From the human T2T-CHM13v2.0 reference genome, Homo sapiens, in assembly GCF_009914755.1 (NCBI RefSeq), contig NC_060928.1: a stretch of DNA of 64,000 bases. One strand, 5' to 3'. How positions within the stretch are numbered: position 1 is the stretch's first letter; the number at the start of each line of letters is the position of its first letter. Positions 44,976-61,539 of the stretch are shown here, one piece after another. A model generated the notes under the pieces. That model was given only the letters and a program-made list of their open reading frames with translations. It searched no databases and was not told the origin of the DNA. The translations under genes and the position numbers were made by a program.

Positions 44976-47900
44976 ACTTTCATGATTCTCCTGTCAAGTT
45001 GTTTAATTTCTCTATGTCTGACATTCCTTCTTTCACAATCACATTTCCAAGTCTCCTTTTCCTAATTACTTTACAATTTCTATTTTCTAAATGGTTGATT
45101 CAAAATATTGGTCTATAAAACAGATTGAATCATTTTTGCTTTCCATAAATCTTCTTTGGTCTTTCTTCTTACTTCTCCTCCTGCATTTGAAATTTTTCCT
45201 CAACTATCATAATAGCTAGCCTCCTGTTCTTATACACTATCTCCATCCAGCCTCTCCTTCCTGAGTCTTTCCCTTAAAACTGGCACAGTAAAACTAAACA
45301 CCCAAAATAGAATCACATTTTAAATCCTTTTGGTTTTCATACATATAACCAGCACTTAAAAATTATTTGGGAATTACAAGTAAATGAAAGGATGTGCTTT
45401 TATCTGCTTTATATTTTACATGCATCCACATTTTGTCATCTTTGTCATCTAGGAATTCTTAGAGGGAAGAGACTGTCTTGTGGATTGGCTAAAACACAGT
45501 AATAAACCTTATTAGTCATTCCCATTCAAGCCCTCCTCATTAACAATGATAGACCTATTTGGGAAATTGATATCCGTTGAAATCTCCTCATTATAAGTGT
45601 GACTGGACATTTTCCCCAATTGGCAAACTTGATTCAGCTTCATAACTCCCTAGCTATTACTTAGATTAGTTACATAGACTCCATGAGCCTCAGTTGTCTG
45701 TAAAATTGGAAGAATAAAAGTAATGTCCATTTCACAGAACTATTGGGAAGGTTAGTGATAACAGTCATACAGCTGCTGGTACAGTACCATAATCATTATT
45801 ATTATTCATCTGGAAAATGTTGTTACACAGAAGCTATGTCATTTTGCAGACTACTGAAGAATATCATCACTTTCTTGATAAATTTTTCTGTTTCTTTATC
45901 ATTAAAACATACTTTGAAATGATCAAAAATTGATTTGATTGTATTACACAATTATACACGTGAATTTTTAAAAACATTTTTCAAAATGTGATTTTAAAAA
46001 GGCAAGACAAAGCTTACTCCCCAAATAGTGTTGAATATGCCTTCAGGCTTTTAAAAATGCAGATAGTTATAAAAATGAAATCATATTATACATACTCTTT
46101 TGTAACCCACTTTTTCCACTCATCATACCATGAACTTCCATTTCATCAACAAATGCAATTGTGCAGCAAAATGTTAACATCCACAATGTGTTCTGATTTA
46201 TGGCTGTCACATCCTCCATCAGAGAGAAAGTCCAAACATGCAGCTTTTAGGAAAATGTCTGGGATCCCTTCCCCAGGTGCCTGATGGAGAAAGTCATTGG
46301 CCAGACAGTGCTACCACTTCTGAAAAGCTAAGTGGAAAGTGATTAGTGTTGGATATTTGTCAGATCTTAATAAGGCAGGGGGCAAGGGGCACAGGGCAGA
46401 AGGGAGTGAGATGAACTAATAGGATATAGCCCGTTGGCTCTAACACAGAGTCACAATTTCCTTAAAAGGCTCTTAGAGAAAAGAATCAAATGTGGGGATT
46501 TGGTTCCACCTTCCCCACCCCCTGCACTCCCATAATGGGGAGGAACACATTTCATAGCTCTGCCCTAAGTGTAATGGCCATCTCCAGCAGATTAACAGCA
46601 CAAGGGCTATTTTTGTTGCCATTTGGCCTGTTCATCATCTTTTTTTTTTTCCAGGTTTCTGAAAGGATGGAGGAAATCTGCAGGTGATTACATTTTTAGG
46701 GTAAGCCTCAGGGCTGGTGCTAATTTAGGGCAGAAACTAAGCAGCACAAAGCAGCAAGAAATGTAGCTCAGCTCTATTCACCCAATTCTCAAAACCATTT
46801 TTCCTTACAGTTTGTTTCAAGACATAAAAGAAACAATTTGAAATGTTCAATGCGGTTGAGAAGAAGTAGGTAAAATTTTTCCTAATTTGAAAATTAATGT
46901 TAGAATGATCAGATGTTTCAAAACTGCTGTGTTTGAGTCTGTGTGTGGGAGTTTTAATGAATTTGGTCTTTTATGCAACCAATTGCTGCTAGCAGCAAAA
47001 CATGAGTTATATGAAGGAATTTATTTTTTAATCAGCACATCAAAAGATAGAAAGCTATTATTACTCAGAAAAGGAAAGGAAATGGGGCAACTGGCTTATT
47101 TTGTAGTTGTTTTTCACATCCTTTTGGATGCAAGCACAAAATTGCCAATGGTGTCTCTTAGCAAAATTGAGTTGAGGCACTTAGTTGGAAAAACCAGCCA
47201 TAATATTACTCTTTCTTAAATTCCCCCAAATCACTCATTGGCACCATCTTGGACAACTGCCTTGACTTCCAAACCATGTCTTTGCTCACTCGTTCCCTTC
47301 TGCTATTTGGCTCGAGAGCACTCACGAAAGAAAGCAGAGAAAATACTTGTTACTCTGAGCATGATTCACTTCCATTGCAGAGTCCCATTTTTGAATTGCT
47401 GGTGCTCCTTCTGTGTGGGCATCCCTCCCTGCTTTGCAGCACTGGGATCTACAGCAGAATAACTGCTTTAGGACCAAAGGCGTTTCTATTCTTTCTTGAG
47501 AGTTACCATTTCCTCCCATCAAGAGTGGTTAATGAAAAAACCTCGGATTGGTTGTATTTGTTGTGCTTCAACATTAAGCTGCTATTTAAAGGGTTTAAAA
47601 TTAGGTTGGTTTCTGTTGCAACCTTTCCTGTAGCCAGTTAATCACAGGATTCTTTGCCACACTGAGGCCAGAATGGGGATGGCACATGCAACAAGTAAGG
47701 AAACCACTAATTACAGGCCAGGGAGCTAATGTGCTTACACAACATGAATTGTTTAAAACACTTTGAACATTGTTTTATTTGTTGTTAACCATCCTTTACT
47801 CAAGAATTGTTTCTCTAGGACACAGCACTGGGCCTCCCATATTTCTTAATGAGTAAATGGATTCCTAGTTTTCTCTGGAAAGACTGACCAAAGTAATAAC

Positions 47901-48258
47901 AGGCTTTTGCCTGGACAAATCAAAACCGAAGTTTGGGTTGGGGAAGCTCTATACTCATTGCTGTACTTAAAATGTAGGGCTTTCTGTTGTTCTTCCTGGC
48001 TGGGCTACTGTGACCCACTGATGATATTACAATTCAGAAGAAACTCAATAAGCATTTTAAAAATTAATGAAACCTGTCAAAATGATATTTTACCGAAAAA
48101 TTTGCCAATTGCATTTGCATAAAGTACAGTCAGATTTAAATTCCAACTATAAATGTGCAACTTGACTTTCATTAACTCCATATGTAGAGCGAATAGAAAA
48201 AATTGATTAATTTTTACCTCAACTTCAGGTCTACTAATCTCTACCCCTTACACATACT

Positions 48259-48296
48259 CCACCACCATCACCATCAGCACCATCACCACCATCACC
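48259..48296. repeat. (CAC/CAT)n trinucleotide repeat
   Basis: Directly visible. Confidence 0.9.
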
Positions 48297-49128
48297 TGCC
48301 TCCACTCAGATCTAGCTTACTTTCCTGATTATCTTCCCTACCTGCCAGCTCCTCTCAACTCACATTGCCCTGTGATTGTATCAGTAAGAAATTCTTTTTG
48401 TTTTAGAATCTTAAAATGCACATAAAATATTTAGTGTCATTCATAGGACTGAGCATCAAGAACTCAAGAGTTCTGACTTGCTTCTCTATTCTGGCTTGCT
48501 GTATACCTTTAGGCATGCCACTAAATCTCTGTGTCTCAGTTTGCATCCCTATAAAGTAAAGGTAATTTACCTGACCTATTTCATAGCGGTATTTTGTTGA
48601 ATAGCTAATTAGTGATTATAAAGTACATTGAAAACACAGTGTACTGGATAAATACTCATAAATAATAATGACGTTACAGAATTGGAAGGCTGCATTAAAC
48701 CACTTTTATGTATAAAGAAATTAAAACGAACGCAGTGAGGTTTTTCAAATCATATCCAATGTTAAAGATGATAGAAAGCAAATTCTTGCTTACCTCCTTA
48801 ACATTTTCATCATCATACCTCACTGACAACCAAAGGAGTAAGAAGCCTAATGTGCCTAAAGTGTAGCAACAAGACCAAGTGAGAGCAGTAGTGATATTAA
48901 TCATTGATCTTCTGTTTTATTTTTATGTTTTATGGTTGAAGAAAAAAAGTCAATAAAGATATCAAGCCAATCAAGAACTTTCTATGGCTGTGGCAAAGCT
49001 GTCACAAAACCTGAAGCTAATTCACATACTTAGTACACCAAGAATATTTTAATACTGCGTGAACACTGACATTAAGTTCTGTTCCATTGAATTGTAGGTT
49101 TCACCATGTCCCATAAAATAAGAGCTTA

Positions 49129-49422
<294 letters not shown>

Positions 49423-49877
49423 AAAATAAGAGCTTAACCCCACTTCTGTTCCCTCAAACAGTATCCAGTGCTATAGTCACTTCAATATTTTTGAAGGAGG
49501 TTTACCCTCGAAAAATGAATAGAGCCAGTCATACCTAATCCATTCATTCACCAACTCTGCTGATGATTGCCAGAAAATATTGTCATAACCACTCTGATGC
49601 ATGACCCACTGTCTGGTGTGAGGACTATATTAATGACAGATATGATCTTAATTCTATGGCAAGATGCAAAGAGAAAAAGAAAAAAATTTTAAAAGAGCGA
49701 GACATTTCCAAATTATGCAAAGTTTAAGCAAAGATACAAAATTACTCTGACTCATAAAAACATGAGATTTAAGCAGAATTAGATGTTCTTATAAGGCAAA
49801 AAATGTGGATACATTTAAAACAAAAATTAGGACCAATGGACTGGAAAATTAAAGACTATAAGCCAATTGTAATACTA

Positions 49878-49956
49878 TTAGGTTGGCTCAAAAGTAATTG
49901 TGGGTTTTGCCATTGCTTTTAATGGCAAAACTGCAAGTACATTTGCACCAACTTAA
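49878..49956. mobile_element. MADE1 (Hsmar1-derived MITE)
   Basis: 79-bp palindromic ttaggttggctcaaaagtaattg..tttgccatt/aatggcaaaa..tttgcaccaacttaa, preceded by TA. Confidence 0.92.
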
Positions 49957-51460
49957 GAACATAAATATATTAATAAATGTTATGCTATATAATTTAAATA
50001 TATTATAGAATTTCATTCTCACAACTTTTTGAGAAATTTATCCATTCATTTAAACATATTTATTTAATCTTCTGGTTTCCAGTAGAAGACAGTAGATGAC
50101 AAGAATCACTATTTCTGCTATAGCAAATTTAAAACACCAGGTACACTGTGAAAAGATGTATTTTAAAAGACCTTGGAAAATCAATGAATCAAAGAGAATT
50201 TAACAAGCCATAAAGGGAAGAACCTTTCTGAGAGGAGCAGTATGTGCTTGACCATTTTCTTCTGAATTGGAAAGATTTGCCAATTCTAGACATGGGCATC
50301 AGACTGAGCTTGGCCCTCACAGAGGTGCTTCACTGGGAAAATAAGAAATCAGCAAAGCTTTTCCTGATCATATGTAAACTTACACAGTTAATTTTCTCCA
50401 CAGTATGCTTGCTGAGTTTTGAAACTAGGAAACTTCTGTAATGCAAACTAAAATATCCTCTAGTACCATCGTACTTAAGAGAAAGTCCCATTTGAGGATG
50501 GGATTTGCTTCAAACACAGGGCTGGACTCCTCCTCAAGACATTTGCCAAAGTTGGAAGCAGTGGAAGCAGGAGGCCGAAGACCAAAGTCCCAAACCTCTG
50601 AAGGGCAGACTGAATCTCAGTCTCTCAAGGCTAAGATGATGGAAACTTTGAATAAAAAGACCTGGAAGAACATGCCTAAGAAACAGAAGTGAACTGATTC
50701 AAAGTAAGTCATATATATCCAGTTCTGACTCACCTTAATGAATTTGGAAATGAAAAGACCAGCCCCTAACACTATCTTTCTAACATGGAACCCTCCTGGA
50801 AGATGATATTATCTGTCACCTCTAAAGATTCTTGTGTATAATATTTGACATACAATTTAAAATTTCTAGATTTGTGGAGAGACTGGAAAATGTGGCTGAT
50901 AATCAAGGAAATAAAACATAATGGCAGGAGATCTTAGATGATTCAGATTAAAATTAGGATATAAGGGCTTTGAAATAATCAGTTCTAATATATCAAAGAA
51001 ATTAAAGGAAAATAGATGAAAAGATGGAGAATTTCAACAGGACATTGGAATTTATTATAAAGAACAAAAATGACAATCTATAACTACAAATTTAATATCT
51101 GAAAATAAGAACTTGAATAATGGCAGACTGACCTACAAAAGACAGCATAATTGAACTAAAAGACAGATAAATAGAAAATATCCAAATTGAAACACAAAGA
51201 AAAAAATTTTTTTTAATAGAGCTGAGTATAAGAAGAAATGTTGTATCCAATGTAAATGTTGAATTTACATGTAATTGGAATCCTAGAAGGAGATAAAAAT
51301 GGAAAAGGAGAAAATGAGGCAGAAGCAATACCTGAAAAGATAATACCCAAGATGTAAAGCTGATTAAAAAGAAAAAAATCAACCTGCAGATTCAAGAGGC
51401 CTAAGAAGTCCCAAGCAGGAGAAATACAAAGAAAACTATACCTGGGCACATCATGGTCTA

Positions 51461-52797
<1,337 letters not shown>

Positions 52798-52864
52798 ATC
52801 TTGAAGCTCCTGGAAAAAAAATTTCAGCTATCCCAAGGCATTGACATACAATTTAAAAGGCAAT

Positions 52865-53103
52865 GCAGGGCATCATTTGGTGAGGCAGCTCATAAGAGAC
52901 AGCCAAACTGGCTTTTATGCAGATTCATGCTCAAAATAATTAGCCCACTCCTTCAATAACTCATTAATCCATGAATGGATTCATCCATTCATGAATCAGA
53001 GCCCTCTTGACCCAATCACCTTCCAAAGATCCCACCTCTCAACACCGATGCACTGGGACCAAGTTTCCAGCACACTTTGGGGATGCATTCAAAACACAGT
53101 ACA
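52865..53103 (-). mobile_element. MST/MLT1A-type MaLR LTR fragment
   Basis: 'cattaatccatgaatggat..gacccaatcacc..cccacctctcaacac..cattcaaaacacagtaca'. Confidence 0.75.
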
Positions 53104-53414
53104 TATGATAGAAGTAAAATATGTGACAATAATTACACAAAGGGCAAGAGGGAAATAAATGGAGTTCAAGTATGGTAGTAGTCTTGCATTATTTAGGATG
53201 CGATTAAGTTACTAATTTTAGATAGACTGTATTAAATCAAAAATGCATAGTGTAATATTTATGATAGCCACTGAAAAATTAATAAAATAATCTGTAACAA
53301 ATAGGCCAATAAAGAAATAAAAATGGGGTAAGGAAAAATTTTTATTAATCTAAAAGTAGAGAAGAAAGGAGGAATAAAGGAATAAAGAAAAGATGGGGCA
53401 AACAAAAAAAATAG

Positions 53415-53912
<498 letters not shown>

Positions 53913-56324
53913 AAATGAAAACATATTCTATTAAAAAATTAGCACAAAGAAAGTTAGTGTAGCTGTGTTACTATATGACATAGTAGACATTAAGGCAAGA
54001 TGTATTATGACAAAAAGTCAAGCATTTCATGTTGATTAAATGGTCAACTGAACAGAAAATTGTAGTGACCCTAAACTTGTATATACAAAAGAACGTAACT
54101 TCAAAATATATAAAGCAAAAGTTGACAGTGTTAAAGAGGGATCAAACATATATATATTTAGCAACTGATGAAGTGCTGAGAATAGAATGTTGGACAGGGA
54201 AACAAGGCCTAGCACTGAAGGAGTCTACTGTGTAACGTAATAATGTATTAACAGGTAAACATTTCCTATCACATTTGAATAAAAGTACTGTTCTAAACAC
54301 TATCATCATTCTAATTTTAAACAGAAGTTGAAGAAGTCTAATTGAGACATAATGTCACTTGACTAACAATTGGCAAAGTCAGGATAAGAAGTAAGATCTT
54401 TCTGACTTAAGATGAGTTTTAATCATTATATCAACATTCAAATTCCAGAGACAATTCTCTTTTCAATTGGGAATGTATGTAGAATGGTCAGCATTTGATT
54501 TATTTAAATAAGGGCTTTAAAAAAGTAACTACTATCTGTTGTCACCATGATTTTGGTATAAAAAATATGAAGGATATAATTTCAGGTGAAAATATAGCAA
54601 TCCTTCGCCCCAAAATGATATTTGTCAACATTTTACAGACATGTATAAATAAATAAATAATTTCTCTCCTTACTTTATCACAGACCAGTGAAAAGTTTAT
54701 CACAGATCAACACTAATTCATTTTCTGGCTTTAGGGAACTGACCTCATGAACTATTAAAGGGTAAAATGCAATCAAAATTACATCATAATACCTCAGCTA
54801 ATGATAATGTAGCCAGATATAACATAAGGCAACTTAAAAACACAAAGAAATACAGATTGAGGCCTGCTACCTAATGGAAAGAAAGACAAACAATTTCCAA
54901 GCATTTATTCATTATTCAACATATCGAGTTCCTACTTGGTTAGGAGAACAACTTTTAATAAGACTGACCTTGTCTCTGCCTTCATGGAGCTTATTAGGTT
55001 TCGTAGTCTACAATCTTCAGGGTCTACTATCTAGAGGAAATCAGGTAAACTATTGGAACAGGATTTTGCCATTTATATTACTCTGGCCACTTGAGCAATT
55101 TCTTGCACTCTCAAAAGAACTGAGCCATGGATGTCACCAAAATAATCATGCTAGTTGAGCCATGGATTCCAACACCATGCAAAGCAAAAGTCTCTATATA
55201 TTTGATATATTTTCTATGGGTATATGTGTGCATGTGTGTGTATGTCATTTGCTCCTGTTTCAACTGTCATCTCCCTTCTCTAACTTGCCATTCCAGCCTT
55301 TCTGATTGATTCAAATGTCAACTTTATCAAATAGTAAATTCCTATATAGACTTGAGTTTACTCTTAAACTCCCTTATTTGAGTTGTGTCAACACCAAATT
55401 GCACTAATTCCCATAACTATATAAAACATTTTAAAATTACTTAGTGTAAGTTCTCTCTTAGTGATATTCTTTTCTAAATTTCCTTTGAAATACACATGTA
55501 TTCATTATTCTGTTGGGTTTCTTGCTGGAGTTGCCATTAGTTTTAAAAAATAATTCATAAAGTCTTAGCAAGGTTCTTCCTGAAAATTTTTGTTACAGGT
55601 ACAGAAGGTTATTTTTTATTAACTTTTTGCAGACATTTTATTATGTTTTTAAAGATACTAATATAATATTAAGCTGAAATTCCATTAAGATAATTCTTCC
55701 TTGGACCAGGCTGAAGCAGTTCAAATACAGACACCCAGTGACTAAGGGCTTTTGTTTTCTTTGAGAGAAAGGTCCAAACTGGGGAGGGCTTCATGTCTTT
55801 TCTCACACTCATGACTGATCCCCTCCACCAAATCTGCGCACAAAAGAGGCTCTCTCTGGTACCCTGCCCCGACCCTAATCCTTCTCATGACCATCCATAA
55901 AAGATCTAAGGAAAATAACCTGTCAATGAATATGAACCCCCACACTCGACCTTTAGAAATGCATTAATATTTTAGCTGATTTCTTCCTTTTCACTTGCAT
56001 TTTCCTTCTGTGCTTTGCAAAGCATAGGTAAGTCAATCATGGCATCCTTTCTTTCCAGGGGGTGGGTGGTTGCAAAGGTGCCCCTGTTTAGATTTCAGAC
56101 CGCCTAATTGTTCCACAACCTCAATTCTCTGATGGCCTCAAGAGAAGTTGCAATTTTGTGGTTTATCTGGCTTTTTCTCATTGTCAGGGTAGAGGTAGTG
56201 TTCCTTCCAGCTTTCTACATTCCAGGCAACAAAAGACCTCTGCCTCACTGTTTTAATGGATACAGTCTGTCATTGCCTCATAAGTAACACAAAGATATTT
56301 ACATTTAGGCTATATTTGCTGATA

Positions 56325-56966
56325 CAGTTGTCCCTTGGTATCTGTGGGGGATTGGTTCCAGGACCTCTGCAGATATCAAAATCTGTGAATGTCCAAATTC
56401 CTCAGTAGTACAGTTGGCCTTCCATATGCATAGGTTCTGCATCTGTGGATTCAACCAACAGAGGATCGAAAATATTTGGAAAAAAGAAAATTCCACAAAG
56501 TTTCTAAAAGCAAAACTTGAATTTGCCACACAACGTGTATTACATTGAATACACAAGAATGAAGTGATATCTAGGGATTGTATAGGTATAGGTACTCTAG
56601 AGATGATTATGGGAGGATGTGTGTAGGTTATATGCAAATATTATATCATTTTATATACAGATTTGAGCATACTCAGGTTTTGAAATCCACATCATTTCTG
56701 AAACCTATCACCCACGGACACTGACAGATGACTCTATTTGCATATAAATAACATACACACATCCTCCCCTATACTTTAAATCATCTCACTTATGATACTT
56801 AATGCAATGTAAGTGTTATGTAAATAATTGTTATATTGTGTTGTTTTTATTTGTATTGTTTTGTATTGCTGTTTTATTTTTATTATACTAATATTATTTT
56901 AAAATATTTTTATCCATATTTGGTTGAATCGTGGTGGCAGAACCCGTGGATACAGAGAACTGCTTG
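56325..56966 (+). mobile_element. MER2 (TcMar-Tigger MITE), outer copy
   Basis: TA|cagttgtcccttggtatctgtggggattggttccagg; resumes at tatttgcatataa..catcctcccctatactttaaatcatctc after the inner insert. Confidence 0.85.
56411..56734 (-). mobile_element. MER2B-like MITE nested in opposite orientation
   Basis: TA|cagttggccttccatat..ccacaaagtttctaaaagcaaaacttgaatttgc..gatgactc|TA. Confidence 0.8.
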
Positions 56967-58661
56967 CCATATAGCACACTACTCTGTTTGATGTACCTTA
57001 AAAGTAAGGTAACCTTATTTTTAAATCAATGTCATTTATCTATTAAAATAAATCTTAGGTAGAGCCACAGTATACAAAAGAAACCAAAGAGAAGCTGTCT
57101 AACTGAACAAAGTTGAGTGATCAGACCAACCCTCTCTACTCTTGTGATGACCCCAATGCTCCTTACATCTCAAAGAACATGGTGTGAAACATTCTGCGTC
57201 ACTGAAATATACCTTAGAAACTTGTCAAGAGGAACTGAGAACTGAGCTTGAGCATAGTCATTTCCAAACTTTTCTTGATTCCTTACATCTATGTATGTAT
57301 ATGTAAAAACAAGAAATATTTTTAAACATAGGATTTTTAAAAAATATAGTGGAAGTTCTTATTCTGTCTTCCCACCTCTCATTGGATTATTTCCCACATT
57401 CTCTGGAGGACAATCACCACCAACTTTTAGCAAATGTTTGTCAGATTTACTCTCTGTGGTAGAACTAGGCTACTTCCTCTTTCCACATGCCTCTGTTCCT
57501 CTCAGTCTTGCAGTACGGGGCCTATTGATTTCTCCCAAATGTAGCCCAGTCCAATCTAAAGAGCTGGGCCAAGAGGGTCTTGGATGCAAGGGAAGAAAAG
57601 CAGCCTGGATTCCCTCATTTGGTGGAATGTAGAACTGAACTGACTTCCTTGGGGTGGGCTTATGTATTGTGCCCTGGGATATTCCTGCTTTCTGATTGAC
57701 CGATGCTGACCACTCCTCCCATGCCTCTGAAATTTTATTCCATTTCTCATTGATAGCCACTTCTGGTAAGATGGAACTCAAGTCGGAATTTCTGAACACA
57801 ATTCAAGGAAGGAAGAAGGAAAAAGCAGGTGAGAGGGACAATAGATGAGAATGAGAATTCCTTTTAACATCCAGCTAATTCCGCAGATTTTGTAGAAGAG
57901 ACATCTGTAAGCATGCTATGTAAGTCTGAAACCACTTGTCTTAGAATTTTACATCTACTCATTTTATCATTGCCTATTTTACAATGGAAAAAGCTATAGT
58001 TAAAATAAGCTGGAGACTTCCTGCTATAGTCTGAGATGCATTACAGGTCAATCAGGCAGCTCTCACAGAAAGGATGTACCCAAAGTGTGAGCCATAGAAT
58101 AGACTACTGTGCAAAATGATCATTAAGTAAAGCCTAAATAATAGCTGCTATGATTTGGCAAAAGAGTAAATTATAAAGTTGCCACAGGTAAAAACAATAT
58201 TTGTCAGTAATAAATAGGTAATATTTTGGAGTTTAAAGCCTTTTAGGAAATGGAAAGGACTTTTCAGATTAGTCTTATCCTGAAAGTTCTTCATTTCCTC
58301 CAGAAGATAAAGAAAGATATCATTGTTTTCACCATGGCAGCACTGGGAAAATCAAAGGCAGTATGTACTAGTAGTCAGAGCTGGCATGTACAGCTGTGCA
58401 CTCATTCACTGAACAACTCTAAGGGGACTAATTTCCATCAGAATTGTATTCATACCATATGAATACATTATGGTTCGTATGTGTGCTATTGACTCGAACA
58501 GAATATTTTGGAATCCTGGCCTGCCCTCTACTAATCCTATAATCTTGGAGGAGTTATTTAACCTCTCTGTGCTTCTATTTTATTATCTATCAAATAATAA
58601 GAAAAATTTCCCTTATAGGCTAGTTCTGAATATTAAGTGGGATAATAGTAAAAAAAGTTTT

Positions 58662-58993
<332 letters not shown>

Positions 58994-59012
58994 TAAAAAG
59001 TTTTTAATCCAG

Positions 59013-59853
59013 TGCAGTGGGCAGAATAATAATTCCCCCAAAGATATCCATGTCCTAGTACCCAGAACCTGTGATATGTTACATTACAAAAGGAAATTAA
59101 AGTTGCAGATGAAATTAAGGTAGCTAGTCAGCAAGCCTTAAAATAAGAATATTATCCAGGATTATCTGGATGGGCCCAGTATAATCATGTGGGTGTTTAA
59201 AAGCAAACAGGAAAGCAGAAGAGTGGGTCAGAGAGAGAGGCAACAAGAGAAAGAGGGCGAGAGATTTGAAGCATGAGAAGAACTCAACCTACCATTGCTG
59301 GCTGAAGACAAAAGAAGGGGCCATGAGCCAAAAAATGTGGGTAGCCTCTAGAAGAAGGGTGTCCAGTCTTTTGGCTTTCCGGGGCCACATTGGAAGAATT
59401 GTCTTGGGTCACACATAAACTACATGAACACTAACAATAGCTGATGAGCTTAAATTTAAAAAAAAAGCAAAAAAAAACTCATAATGTTTTAAGAAAGTTT
59501 ACAAATTTGCGTTGGGCTACATTCAAAGCCGTCCTGGGCCACATGCAGCCCACAGGCCGTGGGTTGGACAAGCTTGCTCTAGAAGCTGAGAATCTTCCTC
59601 AGCTAAAAAGCCAGCAAGAAAACAGGGGCTTTAATCCTACAATTGCAAGGAGCAGAATTCTGCCAAAAATCTAACTGAGCAATGAAAGAGATTGTTCCCC
59701 AGATCCTCCAGAAAGGAATGCAGTCTGCTGACACCTTGGCTTTAGCCCAGTGAGATCTTTTTTGGACTTCTGATCCAAAGAACTTTAAATGTATATTGTT
59801 TTAAGCCATCAAGTTTGTGACAATTTACAGTAGCAATAGAAGCTAAAACTATA
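59013..59853 (+). mobile_element. MLT1D/E MaLR LTR interrupted by MER30
   Basis: 'gggcagaataat..ccccaaagatatccatgtcc..ggattatctggatgggccc..cctccagaaaggaatgcag..ttttaagcca'. Confidence 0.85.
59354..59576 (+). mobile_element. MER30 hAT-Charlie MITE
   Basis: agggtgtccagtcttttggct..gttggacaagcttg; perfect 8-bp TSD CTCTAGAA. Confidence 0.92.
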
Positions 59854-60088
59854 CTCATTTATGTGATTGCTACTATTGTTGTTGTTTATTCATTTACTCA
59901 ATCATTAAAAATATCCACTGAGAGTCTACTATGTGCTAGGCATGATTCTAAGTACTGGGATACCACAAGAAACAAACTGGTGAGAGTCTCGCCATTCTAA
60001 AACTTGCCTCTCAGTAGAATATAACCATATAACTAGAGCAAGGGGCAGGGAAGCACAGGAACTAGCTGTAGGCAGTTTGCTGAGTATG

Positions 60089-60430
60089 CAGTTGGGCCAC
60101 CACATCTGCAGGATTCACATCTATAGATTCAACCAACCACGAATTGAAAATATTTTTATAAATGGATAGTTGCATCTGTATTGAATATGTACAGATTTTG
60201 GTTTTGTCATTATTCCCTAAATACTATAATAAACACCTAGTTACATAGCATTTACACTGTACTAGGTAGAAATAATTTAGAGATAAAGTACACAGGAGGC
60301 TGTGCATAGGTTGTATCCAAATACTATGCCATTTTATATAAGACACCTGAGCATCTGCAGGTTTTGTTATCTCAGCAGGGGTGGGGGGTGGTCTTGAAAC
60401 CAATTCTCCCATAGATACTTAGAGACAACT
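60089..60430 (-). mobile_element. MER2 MITE (terminus interrupted by MER11)
   Basis: cagttgggcc..gattcaaccaacc..ccattttatataagacac..agagacaact; last bases resume after the LTR as acaattgta. Confidence 0.85.
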
Positions 60431-61539
60431 TATCAGGGGAAATTCAGCCAGATATCGGGCGAAATTCACCCCTGATATTTCACGTAGGTTCTTTTCTATT
60501 TTCCCTAAGTGTCAGCCGGTTTGAGAAATAAAGGGACAGAGCACAAAAGAGAGAAATTTTAAAGCTGGGCGTCTGGGGGAGACATCACATGTCGGTAGGT
60601 TCCTGATGCCCCCTAAGCCATAAAACCAGCAAGTTTTTATTAAGGATTTTCAAAAGGGGAGGGAGTGTACAAATAGGGTGTGGGTCACAGAGATCACGTG
60701 CTGCACAAGGTAATAAGATATCACAAGGCAAATGGAGGCAGGGCGAGATCACAGGACCACAGGACCGGGGTGAAATTAAAGTTGCTAATGAAGTTTTGGG
60801 CACACATTGTCATTGATAACATCTTATCAGGAGACAGGGTCTGAGAGCAGACAACCAGTCTGACCAAAATTTATTAGGCGGGAATTTCCTCGTCCTAATA
60901 AGCCTGGGAGTGCTATGGGAGACTGGGGCTTATTTCATCCCTACAGCTCGACCATAAAAGATGGCCACACCCAAGGGGTCCATTTTAGAGGCCTACCCTC
61001 AGGGATGCATTCTCTTTCTCAGGGATGTTCCTTGCTGAGAAAAAGAATTCAGCGATATTTCTCCCATTTGCTTTTGAAAGAAGAGAAATATGGCTCTGTT
61101 CCGCCCAGCTCACCGGTGATCAGAGTTTAAGGTTATCTCTCTTGTTCCCTGAACATTGCTGTTGTCCTGTTCTTTTTTCAAGGTGCCCAGATTTCATATT
61201 TTCCAACACACATGCTCTACAAACAATTTGTGCAGTTAACGCAATTATCACAGGGTCCTGAGGTGACATACATCCTCCTCATCTTATGAAAATGACGGGA
61301 TTAAGAGATTAAGGTAAAGACAGGCATAGGAAATCACAAGGGTATTGACTGGGGAAGTGATAAGTGTCCATGAAATCTTCACAATTTATGTTCAGAGATT
61401 GCAGTAAAGACAGGCATAAGAAATTATAAAAATATTAATTTGGAGAACTAATAAATGTCCATGAAATCTTCACAATTTATGTTCTTCTGCCATGGCTTCA
61501 GCCGGTCCCTCCATTCAGAGTCCCTGACTTCCCACAACA
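60431..61539 (-). mobile_element. MER11B/C (HERV-K HML-8) solo LTR
   Basis: Reverse complement begins tgttgtgggaagtcagggac..gaagccatggcagaagaacataaattgtgaagatttcatggac; 6-bp TSD acaact/acaatt. Confidence 0.93.

Noticed and set aside
52971-52992. Perfect 10-bp stem atgaatggat/atccattcat
   Set aside because: Lies within the MST-type LTR, whose consensus has this palindrome as recalled
61310-61485. Internal direct repeats (gtaaagacaggcata, tgtccatgaaatcttcacaatttatgttc)
   Set aside because: Intrinsic to the MER11 consensus; not a CRISPR-like array
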